Shown here in pieces: positions 20,065 through 29,947 of a DNA stretch of 64,000 nucleotides. Source of the DNA: an uncultured Armatimonadetes bacterium. GTDB lineage: Bacteria; Armatimonadota; Hebobacteria; Hebobacterales; Hebobacteraceae. The notes below the pieces were generated by a model, which was not told where the DNA came from, searched no databases, and saw only the letters and a list, made by a program, of their open reading frames with translations. The position numbers were made by a program, and so were the translations under genes. Position 1 is the stretch's first letter, and each line of letters begins with the position of its first letter. The stretch is taken from positions 512,001 through 576,000 of the forward strand of contig OY970296.1 in the NCBI GenBank assembly GCA_963716175.1, read 5' to 3'.

Positions 20065-21159
20065 GTGGGCTCAGGCCCGGTGAGCGCGCCGATCCCCAGA
20101 GTTGACCTGATGGGCCTGCTGCCAGAGGAGCTCGCGCTCTTCCTGCGCGGCCTCGGGCAGCCCGCCTACCGCGCGCGCCAGGTCCTGACCTGGCTGCACC
20201 GCGGCGCCTCTTTCGAGGACATGACCGACCTCCCGCAGGCGCTTCGCAGCCGCCTCGCCCTGCTCGCCTCCCCTGGAACCCTCGCGCTCGCCGCCAGGGA
20301 GAATGCGCCTGACGGAACCGCCAAGTTCGCGTTCCGCACCTCGGATGATCAGATCATCGAGAGTGTGCTCATCCCGCACCGCGGCCGCACTACCGTCTGT
20401 GTCTCCAGCCAGATCGGGTGCGCTTACGGCTGCCAGTTCTGTGCCACCGGACAGCAGGGCCTGACCCGCAGCCTCACCGCGGGAGAGATCGTCGTTCAGG
20501 TGGTGCGGGTGCAGCAGGTAGTCAGGCCGGCACGGATCACCAACGTGGTGTTCATGGGCATGGGGGAGCCACTAGCCAACTACGATGCGGTGATCAAAGC
20601 GGTTCGCTTGCTGCATCATCCCGAGGGTCTGAACATCGGGGCTCGGCACATCGCCATCTCCACCTGCGGTCTGCCCGACCAGATCCGCCGCCTGGCGGGA
20701 GAAGGCCTCCCTCTGGCACTAGCGATTTCCCTCCACGCCGCGACCGACGAAGTCCGCACCCCGCTGGTTCCCATCAACGCCACTTATCCCATCGCCTCTG
20801 TGGTCGCCGCCGCCAGAGAGTATGCCCGGCGCACCGGTCGCAAGGTGGCCTTCCAATATGTGGTGTTGCCCGGGATCAATGACACCCAGGAGCAAGCGCG
20901 CCGGCTCGCCGCGTTGACCCGGGGTCTGCCGGCGATGGTCAACCTCATACCCCAGAACCCGATTCGCCCCACCGCAAGGCCGGAGGCGGATGCTGCGGTT
21001 CGCTTCGCCCGCTTGCTGGAGCCGCGCGGCCTGGCAGTAGCAGTGCGGAAGTCACGCGGCGCGGAAGTGCTTGGGGCCTGCGGGCAACTGCGTGGCCGGC
21101 TGGCTGGCCAAAACAAAGCCGGGCGAGCGCCCGCTCGCCCGGCCAGAAGTCAGAGCTAG
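20065..21159 (+). CDS. rlmN: 23S rRNA/tRNA C2-methyltransferase RlmN
   Basis: CVSSQIGCAYGCQFC, VFMGMGEP, AISLHA, GACGQL. Confidence 0.92.
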   Translation: MGSGPVSAPIPRVDLMGLLPEELALFLRGLGQPAYRARQVLTWLHRGASFEDMTDLPQALRSRLALLASPGTLALAARENAPDGTAKFAFRTSDDQIIESVLIPHRGRTTVCVSSQIGCAYGCQFCATGQQGLTRSLTAGEIVVQVVRVQQVVRPARITNVVFMGMGEPLANYDAVIKAVRLLHHPEGLNIGARHIAISTCGLPDQIRRLAGEGLPLALAISLHAATDEVRTPLVPINATYPIASVVAAAREYARRTGRKVAFQYVVLPGINDTQEQARRLAALTRGLPAMVNLIPQNPIRPTARPEADAAVRFARLLEPRGLAVAVRKSRGAEVLGACGQLRGRLAGQNKAGRAPARPARSQS

Positions 21160-21160
21160 C

Positions 21161-21922
21161 TCACCTGGCGACCAGGATCAGACCCCAGAGGACTGCGGCC
21201 GCCAGGAAGGTCCCGGCATTCCGCTCCCGCCGTTCATGCGCCACCTGGGCGTCCACCGCCCAGCGCGGCCCGTTGCGGGTTACCGTGACATCGTCGCCCA
21301 CGAGCACGTTCCCGCCCGGCACCTTCCGGTCCACGCGCACGATGGCATCGACATCTTTCACGGTGATGACCCGGCCCTCCCCAACCTTCTCGCCGGCCCG
21401 CAGGAACGCTACTTTCGCCCGCAGCCGCAGGCCCTCATTGGAGCCGATGGTGATCCAGGCCTCGAGCTTCCTGTCATCGTAGTAGTAGATCGAACCCTTG
21501 GCATTGACACAGACCCCGAGATCCTCCATCGCCTGGCGGGCGGCCTTCCCCGCCGCCTCCGTCGCCGAAGGCGCCTCTGCCACGGCTTCCGCCTGATAGC
21601 GGAGGCCGCCAGTCGGCGGCGTCAGCTCAGCCACCAGTCTCACTTCTGCCTTCCCCCTGCTCAGTGAAGCGCTGGCGATGTCCGCCTCCAGGGCCCACGG
21701 CTGTGCTACCGAAGCCCGGACCTGTGGCATCGCCTGCGCCTGGGCGGTCAAGGTCTCGGTCACCAACCCCACCAGCCCCTCACCCGCGGCGCCCGCGGAG
21801 TTGTGCACCACCACTGTCGGAGGAGCGAGTTCAGCCGTCGGGGGCGCCGCCCACCCCAATGTCGCTAGCCCCAGGCAAAGGGCGACCACCAACAGGCCAA
21901 CCTTTCGCGTCTCTGTCCCCAT
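21161..21922 (-). CDS. Hypothetical secreted protein
   Basis: ATG at 21922 with GAGGAGG; signal peptide; hydrophobic C-terminus. Confidence 0.6.
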   Translation of the reverse strand: MGTETRKVGLLVVALCLGLATLGWAAPPTAELAPPTVVVHNSAGAAGEGLVGLVTETLTAQAQAMPQVRASVAQPWALEADIASASLSRGKAEVRLVAELTPPTGGLRYQAEAVAEAPSATEAAGKAARQAMEDLGVCVNAKGSIYYYDDRKLEAWITIGSNEGLRLRAKVAFLRAGEKVGEGRVITVKDVDAIVRVDRKVPGGNVLVGDDVTVTRNGPRWAVDAQVAHERRERNAGTFLAAAVLWGLILVAR

Positions 21923-21970
21923 TCTGTCCCTCCTCGTGGGCCGGCTCTCAAACCGAGAGGGACGCTGGTT

Positions 21971-22000
21971 TTGACAGCCAGCGCCCCCGGCCAGTATAAT
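21971..22000 (+). promoter_or_regulatory. Consensus sigma70 promoter for tsaE-tsaB-rimI
   Basis: TTGACA-18 bp-TATAAT. Confidence 0.7.
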
Positions 22001-22106
22001 CCGGCGTGCCATTCTGGGCTGAGGGTAAACGCAGGCACCCCGGCCTCGGACCGGTCCCTGTTCCGTGGGAGTTTATACCACATCCGGGCCGCTTCTTGTA
22101 CGGAGC

Positions 22107-22616
22107 ATGGCAGCGGTGGCATCCCAGGTCTCACAGCTCCTCCGCATCACCCGCTCGGCCGCCGGGACGCGTCGGCTGGGCCGCGCCCTGGCGCGCCACC
22201 TGGAGGCTGGCGACTTGCTCTGCCTGGTAGGCGAACTCGGGGCGGGGAAGACCACGTTCGTGCAGGGACTGGCCCAGGGCCTCGATGTTGCCGATGCTGC
22301 CACCAGCCCCAGCTTCACTCTCATGCACCACCATCAGGGGCGTCTTCCCCTGCTGCACCTGGACCTCTATCGCCTCGCCCCCGGCGATCTGGCCGACATC
22401 GGCCTGGAGGAGGTGATCGCCGGCGAGGCGGTGGTGGCTGTGGAATGGGCCGAGCGGCTCCCCCTCCCGCTCTGCGCCGATGGGCTTGCAGTGCTGTTTC
22501 GGTTCGGCGCCTCCGGCAGGAATGTGCGCGAGATCACCTTCCGCGGGCACGGGGCCCGCGCTCACCAGATCCTTCGCGAGATGGCCGAGGAATCGCATGC
22601 TCACTCTCGCCATTGA
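22107..22616 (+). CDS. tsaE: tRNA threonylcarbamoyladenosine biosynthesis ATPase TsaE
   Basis: GELGAGKTT, SPSFTL, HLDLYRL, VEWAE. Confidence 0.92.
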   Translation: MAAVASQVSQLLRITRSAAGTRRLGRALARHLEAGDLLCLVGELGAGKTTFVQGLAQGLDVADAATSPSFTLMHHHQGRLPLLHLDLYRLAPGDLADIGLEEVIAGEAVVAVEWAERLPLPLCADGLAVLFRFGASGRNVREITFRGHGARAHQILREMAEESHAHSRH

Positions 22617-23295
22617 GACGGCCACCAGCCACACCAGTGTGGCGGTAGCCGATGAAGGGCGCGAGCTCTCGGCCTGGCGAGAGGTAACCGGCCAGGACCT
22701 ATGCCGTCGCCTGGCCGGCGAAGTGCACGGCGCGCTGAGCAGGTCCGGCCGCGGCTTCGCCGAGGTGCAGCTCTTGGCCGTTGGGCTGGGGCCGGGGTCG
22801 TTCACCTCGCTGCGGGTGGGCCTGGCCACCGCCAAAGGCATCGCCCTTGCTCGCGACGTCCCGCTGGTCGGCGTGTCCTCTTTGCAGGCGATGGCCTGGC
22901 AGTTCCGCTCCCGGCTTTCAGGCCTGGTCTGCCCGGTGCTGGACGCCAAGCGCCGGGAACTCTACGCCGCGATCTGCCGCGTGAGCGCACGCGAGGTCGA
23001 GGTGATTGAGAAGGAGTTCGTGGCCTCCCCCGCCGACCTGGCGGCGCGGCTGGCCCTGCTCCCCGAGCCGGTCACTGTCTTCGGGGAGCTGGATCAGCTC
23101 TCGCCAGAGGACCGCGCTCACCTCAGCGGCCTGGCTCCGCCAGAGCCAGCCTGGCCAGATGCCTCCGCCATTGCCGACCTGGGCCGCCGCCGCTATGCCG
23201 AGCGGGGCGCCGACGAGATCAGCCCACTGCGCCCCATCTACGTGCGAGTCTCCTATGCTGAGGAGAGCCACCACCTTGACCTCGGGCTGCGATAG
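22597..23295 (+). CDS. tsaB: tRNA threonylcarbamoyltransferase subunit TsaB
   Basis: LAIETAT, GPGSFTSLRVG, DAKRRELY, PIYVR. Confidence 0.92.
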   Translation: MLTLAIETATSHTSVAVADEGRELSAWREVTGQDLCRRLAGEVHGALSRSGRGFAEVQLLAVGLGPGSFTSLRVGLATAKGIALARDVPLVGVSSLQAMAWQFRSRLSGLVCPVLDAKRRELYAAICRVSAREVEVIEKEFVASPADLAARLALLPEPVTVFGELDQLSPEDRAHLSGLAPPEPAWPDASAIADLGRRRYAERGADEISPLRPIYVRVSYAEESHHLDLGLR

Positions 23296-23329
23296 GGAGA
23301 GCTGGCTGGCCTCGGTCTCGATCCAGCCC

Positions 23330-23779
23330 ATGAGGCGGCAGGACGTAGAGGCCGTCCGGGAGATTGACCGCCTCTCCTTCCCCTCCGCCTGGAGCGCGGA
23401 ATCCTATCTGCGCGACCTGCGCAATCGCAACTCCCACTACGTCGTGGCGCGGTTAAACGGAGAGATCATCGGCTATGCCGGCATGTGGCTGATTGCCGAT
23501 GAGGCGCACATCAGCACCCTGGCGGTTCATCCCACCTATCGCGGCCGAGGCCTTGGCAGGCGCATGCTTGCCCATCTCCTGGGGGTGGCGCAGGAGCGCG
23601 GCGCCACCGAGATCACGCTCGAGGCACGAGAGGCCAACCTGGTGGCGCGCAGGCTCTATGAGGAGTTCGGCTTCCAGTCCCGAGGCTTCATCCCCCATTA
23701 CTACGGCGATACCGGCGAGAATGCCGTGGTGATGGGCAAGAAGCTGCCCGCGACGGATGATCGCGATGGACCGCGGTGA
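23330..23779 (+). CDS. rimI: Ribosomal protein S18 alanine N-acetyltransferase RimI
   Basis: GYAGMW, LAVHPTYRGRGLG, TLEARE.N..A..LY, YYGDTGENAVVM; follows tsaB. Confidence 0.85.
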   Translation: MRRQDVEAVREIDRLSFPSAWSAESYLRDLRNRNSHYVVARLNGEIIGYAGMWLIADEAHISTLAVHPTYRGRGLGRRMLAHLLGVAQERGATEITLEAREANLVARRLYEEFGFQSRGFIPHYYGDTGENAVVMGKKLPATDDRDGPR

Positions 23780-23830
23780 CCAAGAGGTGGAGGCTGAGGG
23801 CAGGTACTAACAAGGCCGGGGTCGAACGGG

Positions 23831-23860
23831 TTGACTGATGCGCCTGCGGGCCGATAGCAT
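23831..23860 (+). promoter_or_regulatory. Possible promoter giving a leaderless mRNA
   Basis: TTGACT-18 bp-TAGCAT with 6 nt between it and ATG 23867; no SD. Confidence 0.35.
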
Positions 23861-23866
23861 ACTAAC

Positions 23867-24226
23867 ATGATGCCGCAGCAAGCAGAGGGCAGCGAGGCCG
23901 AGACAGGCCCGGCGCGGGCGCGGGTGCAGCGCATGCTGGCGCGCTACCTTGCGCGCGGCCGCTACCGGCTCAACCCGGATCTGGTGACAGTCGAGCACGT
24001 CGTGGCCGGCCTCACGCGCAACCTGATCGGGCACGGCCGCTGGTATTGCCCTTGCCGGGAGGTGACCGGCGACCCGGAGCGAGACCGCGCCAATATCTGT
24101 CCCTGCCCTCAGCATCACGCGGACATCGCCCGCGACGGCGTGTGCGAATGCGGGCTGTTCGTGAGCGAGCAGTACGCGCCCGCGCAGGCCACGGCCGCGC
24201 AGGACACAGGTGAAAAGGAGGCATGA
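23867..24226 (+). CDS. Ferredoxin:thioredoxin reductase catalytic-subunit-like protein
   Basis: RLNPD...YCPCR...ICPC...GVCECGLFV pattern. Confidence 0.8.
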   Translation: MMPQQAEGSEAETGPARARVQRMLARYLARGRYRLNPDLVTVEHVVAGLTRNLIGHGRWYCPCREVTGDPERDRANICPCPQHHADIARDGVCECGLFVSEQYAPAQATAAQDTGEKEA

Positions 24227-24789
24227 TGGCGTTCACACTGGCAATCGGCGCGAAGGGCCCTGACTTCAACCTCAAGGGAGTAGACGGGAAGACGCAGCGC
24301 CTCTCGGACTATGCCGACAAGAAGGCGGTGGTGGTGATCGCGAGCTGCAATCACTGCCCGACAGTGGTCCAGTACGAGGATCGGATGGTCGCGCTCCAGC
24401 GCGACTACGCTGACAAGGGAGTCCAACTCATCGCCATCAACGGCAATGAGACCGATGGCCATCCCACTGATGATTTCCAGCACATGGTCGAGCGCGCCAA
24501 GCAGAAGAAGTTCAACTTCCCTTATCTGCGCGACGACACCCAGGAGGTGGTCCGCGCCTACGGCGCCACCCGCACCCCGGAGGTGTTCCTGCTGGGGCCC
24601 GACCGCACCTTGATCTACCATGGCCGGATAGACGACAACGCCGACAACCCGGGAAAAGTGAAGCGGCACGACCTGCGGGTCGCGCTCGACGAGGTGCTGG
24701 CTGGCAAGCCGGTGAGCGTGCCCAAGACCACGCCGGTGGGCTGCACTGTCAAGTGGTGGGGCAAAGACCCCCACTGGATGCCCAGCTAG
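24223..24789 (+). CDS. Thioredoxin-fold AhpC/TSA-like protein
   Basis: CNHCP, FPYLRD, ATRTPEVF, YHGRIDD, GCTVKW; ATGA overlap with upstream gene. Confidence 0.85.
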   Translation: MMAFTLAIGAKGPDFNLKGVDGKTQRLSDYADKKAVVVIASCNHCPTVVQYEDRMVALQRDYADKGVQLIAINGNETDGHPTDDFQHMVERAKQKKFNFPYLRDDTQEVVRAYGATRTPEVFLLGPDRTLIYHGRIDDNADNPGKVKRHDLRVALDEVLAGKPVSVPKTTPVGCTVKWWGKDPHWMPS

Positions 24790-24792
24790 TAA

Positions 24793-24849
24793 CTGTAGGG
24801 CGGCACCTCCTGACGCCACGCGGCGCGGTCGGGAGACCGCGCCCTACAG
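24793..24849. repeat. GTAG-tagged REP doublet between convergent genes
   Basis: CTGTAGGGCG...CGCCCTACAG terminal inverted repeat with internal hairpin GCGCGGTC/GACCGCGC. Confidence 0.6.
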
Positions 24850-24857
24850 GCAGGGCC

Positions 24858-25970
24858 TCACACTGCGATCGGATACCGCCCGTACTTGAGTGCCGCCTCC
24901 CGCATGGCGTTGAAGTTCGCCAGCGGCACATACTCTGTGACCGAGTTGGAGGAGCCGAGGCAGTAGCCTCCACCAGGCGCGATGGTGCGGATGCGCTCCT
25001 TGGCCTCGGCCTCCACCTCGGCCGGGCTGCCGCGGGTGAGGGTGTAGCCCAGGTCGAGGTTGCCCATGAGGCAGAGGCGACCGCCGTACTCTCGCTTCAG
25101 GCGCACGATATCCATGGCCTTCGGCTCGATGGGATGGAGCGCGTTGAAGCCGCAGTCGAGGATATCGGGGAGCACCTCGGTCAGGTCGCCGTCAGAGTGG
25201 TAGATGAGGGGCAGGCCGCGCGCGGCGCAGTCCTCGCCCATGCGGTGGAACCACGGGAACAGGTGCTCTCGCAGCAGGCGCGGATTCACCATCAGCCCGG
25301 TAGAATGGGCGATGTCATCCGGCATCCAGATCGCCCCCACGCAGTCGTAAGCCAGCAGCCGGCGGAAGACCCGATACTGGAGATCGCCAATGCGCTCGAA
25401 CATCGCCCCCACCAGGCCCGGGTCCTCGTGCAGCACATAGGAGAAGGTCTCGAAGCCCATCATGATCCAGAGGGGGGTGAAGATCCAGCCCTGATAGGCC
25501 ACCGCCTTCATGCCCGGAGGCAGCATCCCGCCGATCTGATCCCAGGCTGAGTAGTCGAAATCCTCGGGCTCGGGCCAGGGAAAACGCGCGAATTCCTCTC
25601 GATTGGTGATCAGGCCCTTGTGCTCTTCCGCCCAGGCCCGCTCCTTGAAGCCATCGCCATAGAGGCCATACCGGCCCCGCTTCCAGTGGATAATGGGTGA
25701 GACCCGGTCCCCCAGTTGGCGGACGGTGTCGGTGCTGAACCCCATGCCGAACATCACCCGGATGCCGCAGGCGAGTGGGATGTAGTCATACCCCGCAGTC
25801 ACCCAGAACTCGAGGTCATCCGCCAGGCTCTCGATCGGCCGTCCCAAGAACGCCGCCTTCACCTCGATGTCTATCCCGCCCTCGGCCAAGGGCACACGAT
25901 CCGGCTCGCCCTGGTTCAGCAGGGCGGTGCGGAGGCGGCGGAAGTTGGGGGTACATACGTCGCTTGTCAA
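24858..25970 (-). CDS. Uroporphyrinogen decarboxylase family (MtaA/CmuA-like) protein
   Basis: GEPDRVP, DDIAH, IYHSDG, LHPIEP, LMGNLD, PGGGYCLGSSNSV; TTG start inferred. Confidence 0.8.
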   Translation of the reverse strand: MTSDVCTPNFRRLRTALLNQGEPDRVPLAEGGIDIEVKAAFLGRPIESLADDLEFWVTAGYDYIPLACGIRVMFGMGFSTDTVRQLGDRVSPIIHWKRGRYGLYGDGFKERAWAEEHKGLITNREEFARFPWPEPEDFDYSAWDQIGGMLPPGMKAVAYQGWIFTPLWIMMGFETFSYVLHEDPGLVGAMFERIGDLQYRVFRRLLAYDCVGAIWMPDDIAHSTGLMVNPRLLREHLFPWFHRMGEDCAARGLPLIYHSDGDLTEVLPDILDCGFNALHPIEPKAMDIVRLKREYGGRLCLMGNLDLGYTLTRGSPAEVEAEAKERIRTIAPGGGYCLGSSNSVTEYVPLANFNAMREAALKYGRYPIAV

Positions 25971-26043
25971 GTGCCCATCTCCTGGACGCGGCGCTGAACG
26001 CGGCCCTGGATTGCTCGCCTGCATTGACGAGTCCTGCATGAGG

Positions 26044-26781
26044 CTAGCGGTAGATCGCCGGCGCAGGCCCCTTGGATTCCACGTACTTGCGCAAGATGGT
26101 AAGCTCCGACTCGATTTTCGCGCGCAGACCCGACCTCGGGTACCGTCGCAGAACCGCCTCATATCGTGCGACGAAATCACGAGCGCATGCGCGCGAGCGG
26201 TCATCCGAGACCATGAAAACGGCCTCATCGTACTTCCTGTAGAGCAGGTCCTCTCGCACCAGCGCGTACGCCACTGCGTCGGCCTCCGGGTGACCCGGAT
26301 AGCGCCTCAGCAACTCCCGCAGTGCCCGCTTGTCGTAATGCCACCCTGCATCTCCCTCCGAGGTCACGATGGAGAGTCCATAGGTCCGCTTGAGCCATCT
26401 CACAACTCCCCTGCCGTAGGATGGAGTGTCCATCTCCGGCACGAGGACATCGTGCAGTTCTTCCCGCACTTTCTCGGCGCAGTCCGCGATCATCAGCAAG
26501 ACCTCAGGGTCACGGCGATCGCTTGGGTGCTGGGTATGCACTTCCTTGTAGTCCCGGAAGGCCGCGCCCCACCACCCTCTTTGGTACGCGTCCCTGGCGC
26601 GGTCCAGCCCGGACCCGCCGGCCGGCCAAGGCGATTCCGTTGATTCCAGCGGCGCGACCTTGATCTCGATCTCGCCGAATCTGTCCTTGGCGGAGGCGGC
26701 AGAACACGGGCCGGACAGCCGAGGCACGGACAAGAGCACAAAGGGCAAGATCGAGAGACCTAGCCACCTCGACAGCATCAT
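26044..26781 (-). CDS. Hypothetical secreted protein with TPR/BamD-like helical repeats
   Basis: Signal peptide; repeated L..YP.(H/S) motifs. Confidence 0.55.
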   Translation of the reverse strand: MMLSRWLGLSILPFVLLSVPRLSGPCSAASAKDRFGEIEIKVAPLESTESPWPAGGSGLDRARDAYQRGWWGAAFRDYKEVHTQHPSDRRDPEVLLMIADCAEKVREELHDVLVPEMDTPSYGRGVVRWLKRTYGLSIVTSEGDAGWHYDKRALRELLRRYPGHPEADAVAYALVREDLLYRKYDEAVFMVSDDRSRACARDFVARYEAVLRRYPRSGLRAKIESELTILRKYVESKGPAPAIYR

Positions 26782-26805
26782 AGCCCCCTCCTGTGAGACG
26801 GGCAA

Positions 26806-27078
26806 TCAAGCGGAGGCAGCGTCCTCGCTTCTGCCCACCACCTCCGCACTCACCACCTTGATCTGCATCCCCGCCGGCAGTGTGGTGATCTTCACCTCCA
26901 CCCTCGGCAACCCTTCGCGCTCCGCCAGCGCCTGAATCCAGAAAGTGAGCTGATCTTCCTCGATCAGGTTGAGCGCGCCGACCTCCAGCTTGATCGCTTT
27001 CACCCGGCTGGCGCGGTGCTCGGCGGCAGCCCTGGCCACACTCGCCCATATCTGAGAGGCGATGGAGAGTTCGTGCAA
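26806..27078 (-). CDS. hypA: HypA-like nickel metallochaperone lacking the zinc finger
   Basis: TTG start gives MHELSIA; IKLEVGAL motif; no Cys; directly downstream of hypB. Confidence 0.7.
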   Translation of the reverse strand: MHELSIASQIWASVARAAAEHRASRVKAIKLEVGALNLIEEDQLTFWIQALAEREGLPRVEVKITTLPAGMQIKVVSAEVVGRSEDAASA

Positions 27079-27121
27079 CAGAATTCCCCCGGTGGGCATC
27101 CGCCTGCGGCGCATACCCGCC

Positions 27122-27793
27122 CTACAGCAGCTTCAGCGCGCGCAGCACCTCGTCAATGCCTTCGCCGGCCAGACAGTTGGTCTTCACCACCCGCAGCCCG
27201 GGTCGCGTTGCCTGGAGATCGGCCATGGGCCGGTCCAGGTCAACCTGCACGGCCTCCGCGATGTCTATCTTGTTCAACGCGACCAGGTCCGCCGAGCGGA
27301 ACATGGCGGGATGCTTTTCGATCACGTGCGTGCCCTCACTGGCCGAGACCACCACCACCCGCGCCTCGACCCCGAGCGAGAAGTAGGAGGGACAGATCAG
27401 GTTGCCTACGTTCTCGATAAACAGGATGCCGATTCCCGGCTCCAGCCTCTGCAGGGCCTGATGCACTAGCTTCGCGTCGAGATGGCACATCCCGCCGGTG
27501 TTGATCTGCAACACCTGGCGCGCGCCCTTCCCGGTCACTCGCTCGGCATCATAGGTGGTGGCCACATCCCCGGCGATCACGGCCACGCCGTGTGTCCCGC
27601 TCAGCCTCTCGACCATTCCGGCGATCAGCGACGTCTTCCCCAATCCCACCGAGCCGGCGATGTCGAAGGCGCGGATGCCCCGCTGGCGGAACCACGCCCG
27701 GTTATGCTCCGCGAGTTCCTCCAGTCGGGCCTGGATGTCCTCGCCGATCTGAATCTCCACGCTGCCCTGTTCTGTGATCTCGAAGAGCCGCAT
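27122..27793 (-). CDS. hypB: Nickel-incorporation GTPase HypB
   Basis: G..G.GKT, CHLDA, IENVGNLICP, EKHP, NKID. Confidence 0.9.
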   Translation of the reverse strand: MRLFEITEQGSVEIQIGEDIQARLEELAEHNRAWFRQRGIRAFDIAGSVGLGKTSLIAGMVERLSGTHGVAVIAGDVATTYDAERVTGKGARQVLQINTGGMCHLDAKLVHQALQRLEPGIGILFIENVGNLICPSYFSLGVEARVVVVSASEGTHVIEKHPAMFRSADLVALNKIDIAEAVQVDLDRPMADLQATRPGLRVVKTNCLAGEGIDEVLRALKLL

Positions 27794-27962
27794 CTATGTC
27801 TCCCTGCACTGCTCTTCGACAGTGCTGGGTCCTGTTCCTGGCGAAGGCAGCACCAAACGGCAAAGCCCAGCCGCGCAGCCTTACAGGTTGGGGCGGGCTG
27901 TGCGCAGAACTTGACTGTGCGGCGCGCGTGACCGCGCGCCTACCACTACGTGGAGGCTACCT

Positions 27963-29099
27963 GTGGATCCAATCAGAGTGGGTGTGATCGGCGTCACCAA
28001 TCGCGGCGGGTTCTATGTCAGGCAGTTTCACAAGCACGTTCCGGGAACCCAGGTGGTGGCGGGGATGGATGTCTCTGATGCCGCGCTCGACCACTTCCGC
28101 GAGGGGGTCGGCCGCGACGCGTTCGTCACCAAAGACTACCGCGCCCTGGTGAATCACCCCGACGTGGAGGCGGTCTGCATCGCCAGCCCCGACAAGTTCC
28201 ACGAGGAGCAGGGCCTGGCTGCGCTGGAGGCGGGGAAGCACTTGCTGTTGGAGAAGCCCATGGCGATCACCGTGGAGGGATGCGACCGCCTGCTAGCCGC
28301 GCACAAGAAGGCAAAGGTGGTCTTCGGCCTGGGCCTGTGCATGCGCTACATGCCGCTGTACCAGAAGACGAAGGAGATCATTGACTCCGGTGAGATCGGC
28401 GAGATCAAGGCCTACTGGTGCAACCATTATGTGGGCCTGGGAGGTCACTACTACTTCCACGATTGGCACGCGGTGAGGGCGAACGCGACCGGCCTCCTCC
28501 TCCAGAAGGGCACCCATGACCTGGACATGATGCACTTTCTGACGGGACGTTACACTCGCCGCGTGGTCGCCTTCGGAAGCCGCGATTACTATGGCGGCGA
28601 CAAGCCCAATGACCTCCACTGCCCCGATTGCCCGGAGCAGGAGACCTGTCCCGAGGCCCAGCTCGGGGAACCGCCTCACTTCTCTCTCTGCGCCTTCCGC
28701 AAAGAGGTGGACGTGGAGGATAACCATGCCCTGATCATGGAGCCGGAGGGCGGGATCAAGGCTGCCTACCAGGAATGCCACTTCACCCCCGACTATCACC
28801 GCGATCACATCGCCATCGGCACCAAAGGGCGGGTGTTCGCGGACGAGCTGAATGACACCGTAGTCGTGAAGACCCGCCGCGGCGCCGCCGACGCGGTGTA
28901 CACGCTCCGGTCCGACGACGGTGGACACGGTGGCGGGGACCCCCGCATGGTGCGGGACTTCGTCCACGCCATCCGGGAGGGAGGCGCGATGCTGACCGAC
29001 CCGCTCTCTGGCCGGATGAGCGTCGCAGTCGGCTGCGCTGCGCACGAGTCGCTGCGCGCGGGCGGCAGGCCGGTAGAGATCTCGCGGCCCGCGAGCTAG
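27963..29099 (+). CDS. Gfo/Idh/MocA oxidoreductase
   Basis: AGKHLLLEKP, LLQKGTHDLD, GHGGGD. Confidence 0.88.
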   Translation: MDPIRVGVIGVTNRGGFYVRQFHKHVPGTQVVAGMDVSDAALDHFREGVGRDAFVTKDYRALVNHPDVEAVCIASPDKFHEEQGLAALEAGKHLLLEKPMAITVEGCDRLLAAHKKAKVVFGLGLCMRYMPLYQKTKEIIDSGEIGEIKAYWCNHYVGLGGHYYFHDWHAVRANATGLLLQKGTHDLDMMHFLTGRYTRRVVAFGSRDYYGGDKPNDLHCPDCPEQETCPEAQLGEPPHFSLCAFRKEVDVEDNHALIMEPEGGIKAAYQECHFTPDYHRDHIAIGTKGRVFADELNDTVVVKTRRGAADAVYTLRSDDGGHGGGDPRMVRDFVHAIREGGAMLTDPLSGRMSVAVGCAAHESLRAGGRPVEISRPAS

Positions 29100-29129
29100 C
29101 GCGCAGGGCCTACCTGCGTAGGCGGCGAG

Positions 29130-29947
29130 CTAGGCCTGCGCCTGTCCGTACTGCTGCACCAGTGGGCCGGCTGTCAGCGCCGGCTGCTGCGACTCGAAGG
29201 TCGGCCGGTCGCGGCGATAGATGATCCCGATGGGGATCTCGTCCCCCACTGGAAGGCCAGCTCCAGGGCCTTGGCGCGATCAAAGGCGTCGTGGGAATCG
29301 GGCACGGGTCGCACCCGCTCCCGGTACCACTGGTAGGTATTCAGGCGGTTGTAGGTCGGGCAGGGCTGGAGAATGTCCAGCAGAGCGAACCCCTGGTGGC
29401 GGAAGGCGGCCACCATCATCGCCTGCAAGTGCTTGGGATCGCCGGCGTAGGAGCGCGCCACGAAGGAGCAGTCCTGCGCGATCGCGATCGCCAGGGCATT
29501 GAACGGCAGCGCCCCGACTCCATGGGTCTGCACCGGGGTGACGAAACCCAGGTCGGAGGTTGGCGAGGCCTGCCCCTTCGTGAGGCCGTAGACCTGATTA
29601 TTGTGGACGAACACCTTGATCCCGATGTTGCGCCGGATGCTGTGGATCAGGTGATTTCCGCCCTCCCCATAGACGTCGCCATCACCACTCGTCACCACTA
29701 CCTCCAGCCCGTGATTCGCCAGCTTGATCCCGGTGGCAGCGGGCAGCGGCCTTCCGTGGAGGCCGTTGAAGACATTGGCGGTGGTGTAGTGCGGCAGCTT
29801 GGCGGCCTGGCCGATCCCCGACACCAACACCAGCTTGTGGCGGTCGAGCCCGGCCTCCTCAATCGCCCTGTCCAGGGTCCTGAGGATGAGGAAGTCGCCG
29901 CATCCCGGGCACCACGCGATATCGCGGTCGAAGTAGAGCTTGGTCAT
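29130..29947 (-). CDS. 2-oxoacid:ferredoxin oxidoreductase beta subunit; frameshift near 29248
   Basis: WCPGCG, SGIGQ, HGR, GDGD, NNQVYGLTKGQASPT, LQPCPTYN; tail DEIPIGIIYR continues in another frame. Confidence 0.88.

Noticed and set aside
22001-22106. Purine-type riboswitch in the tsaE leader
   Set aside because: GTTTATACC only loosely resembles the core; it also reads as a minus-strand -10 element for the divergent gene.
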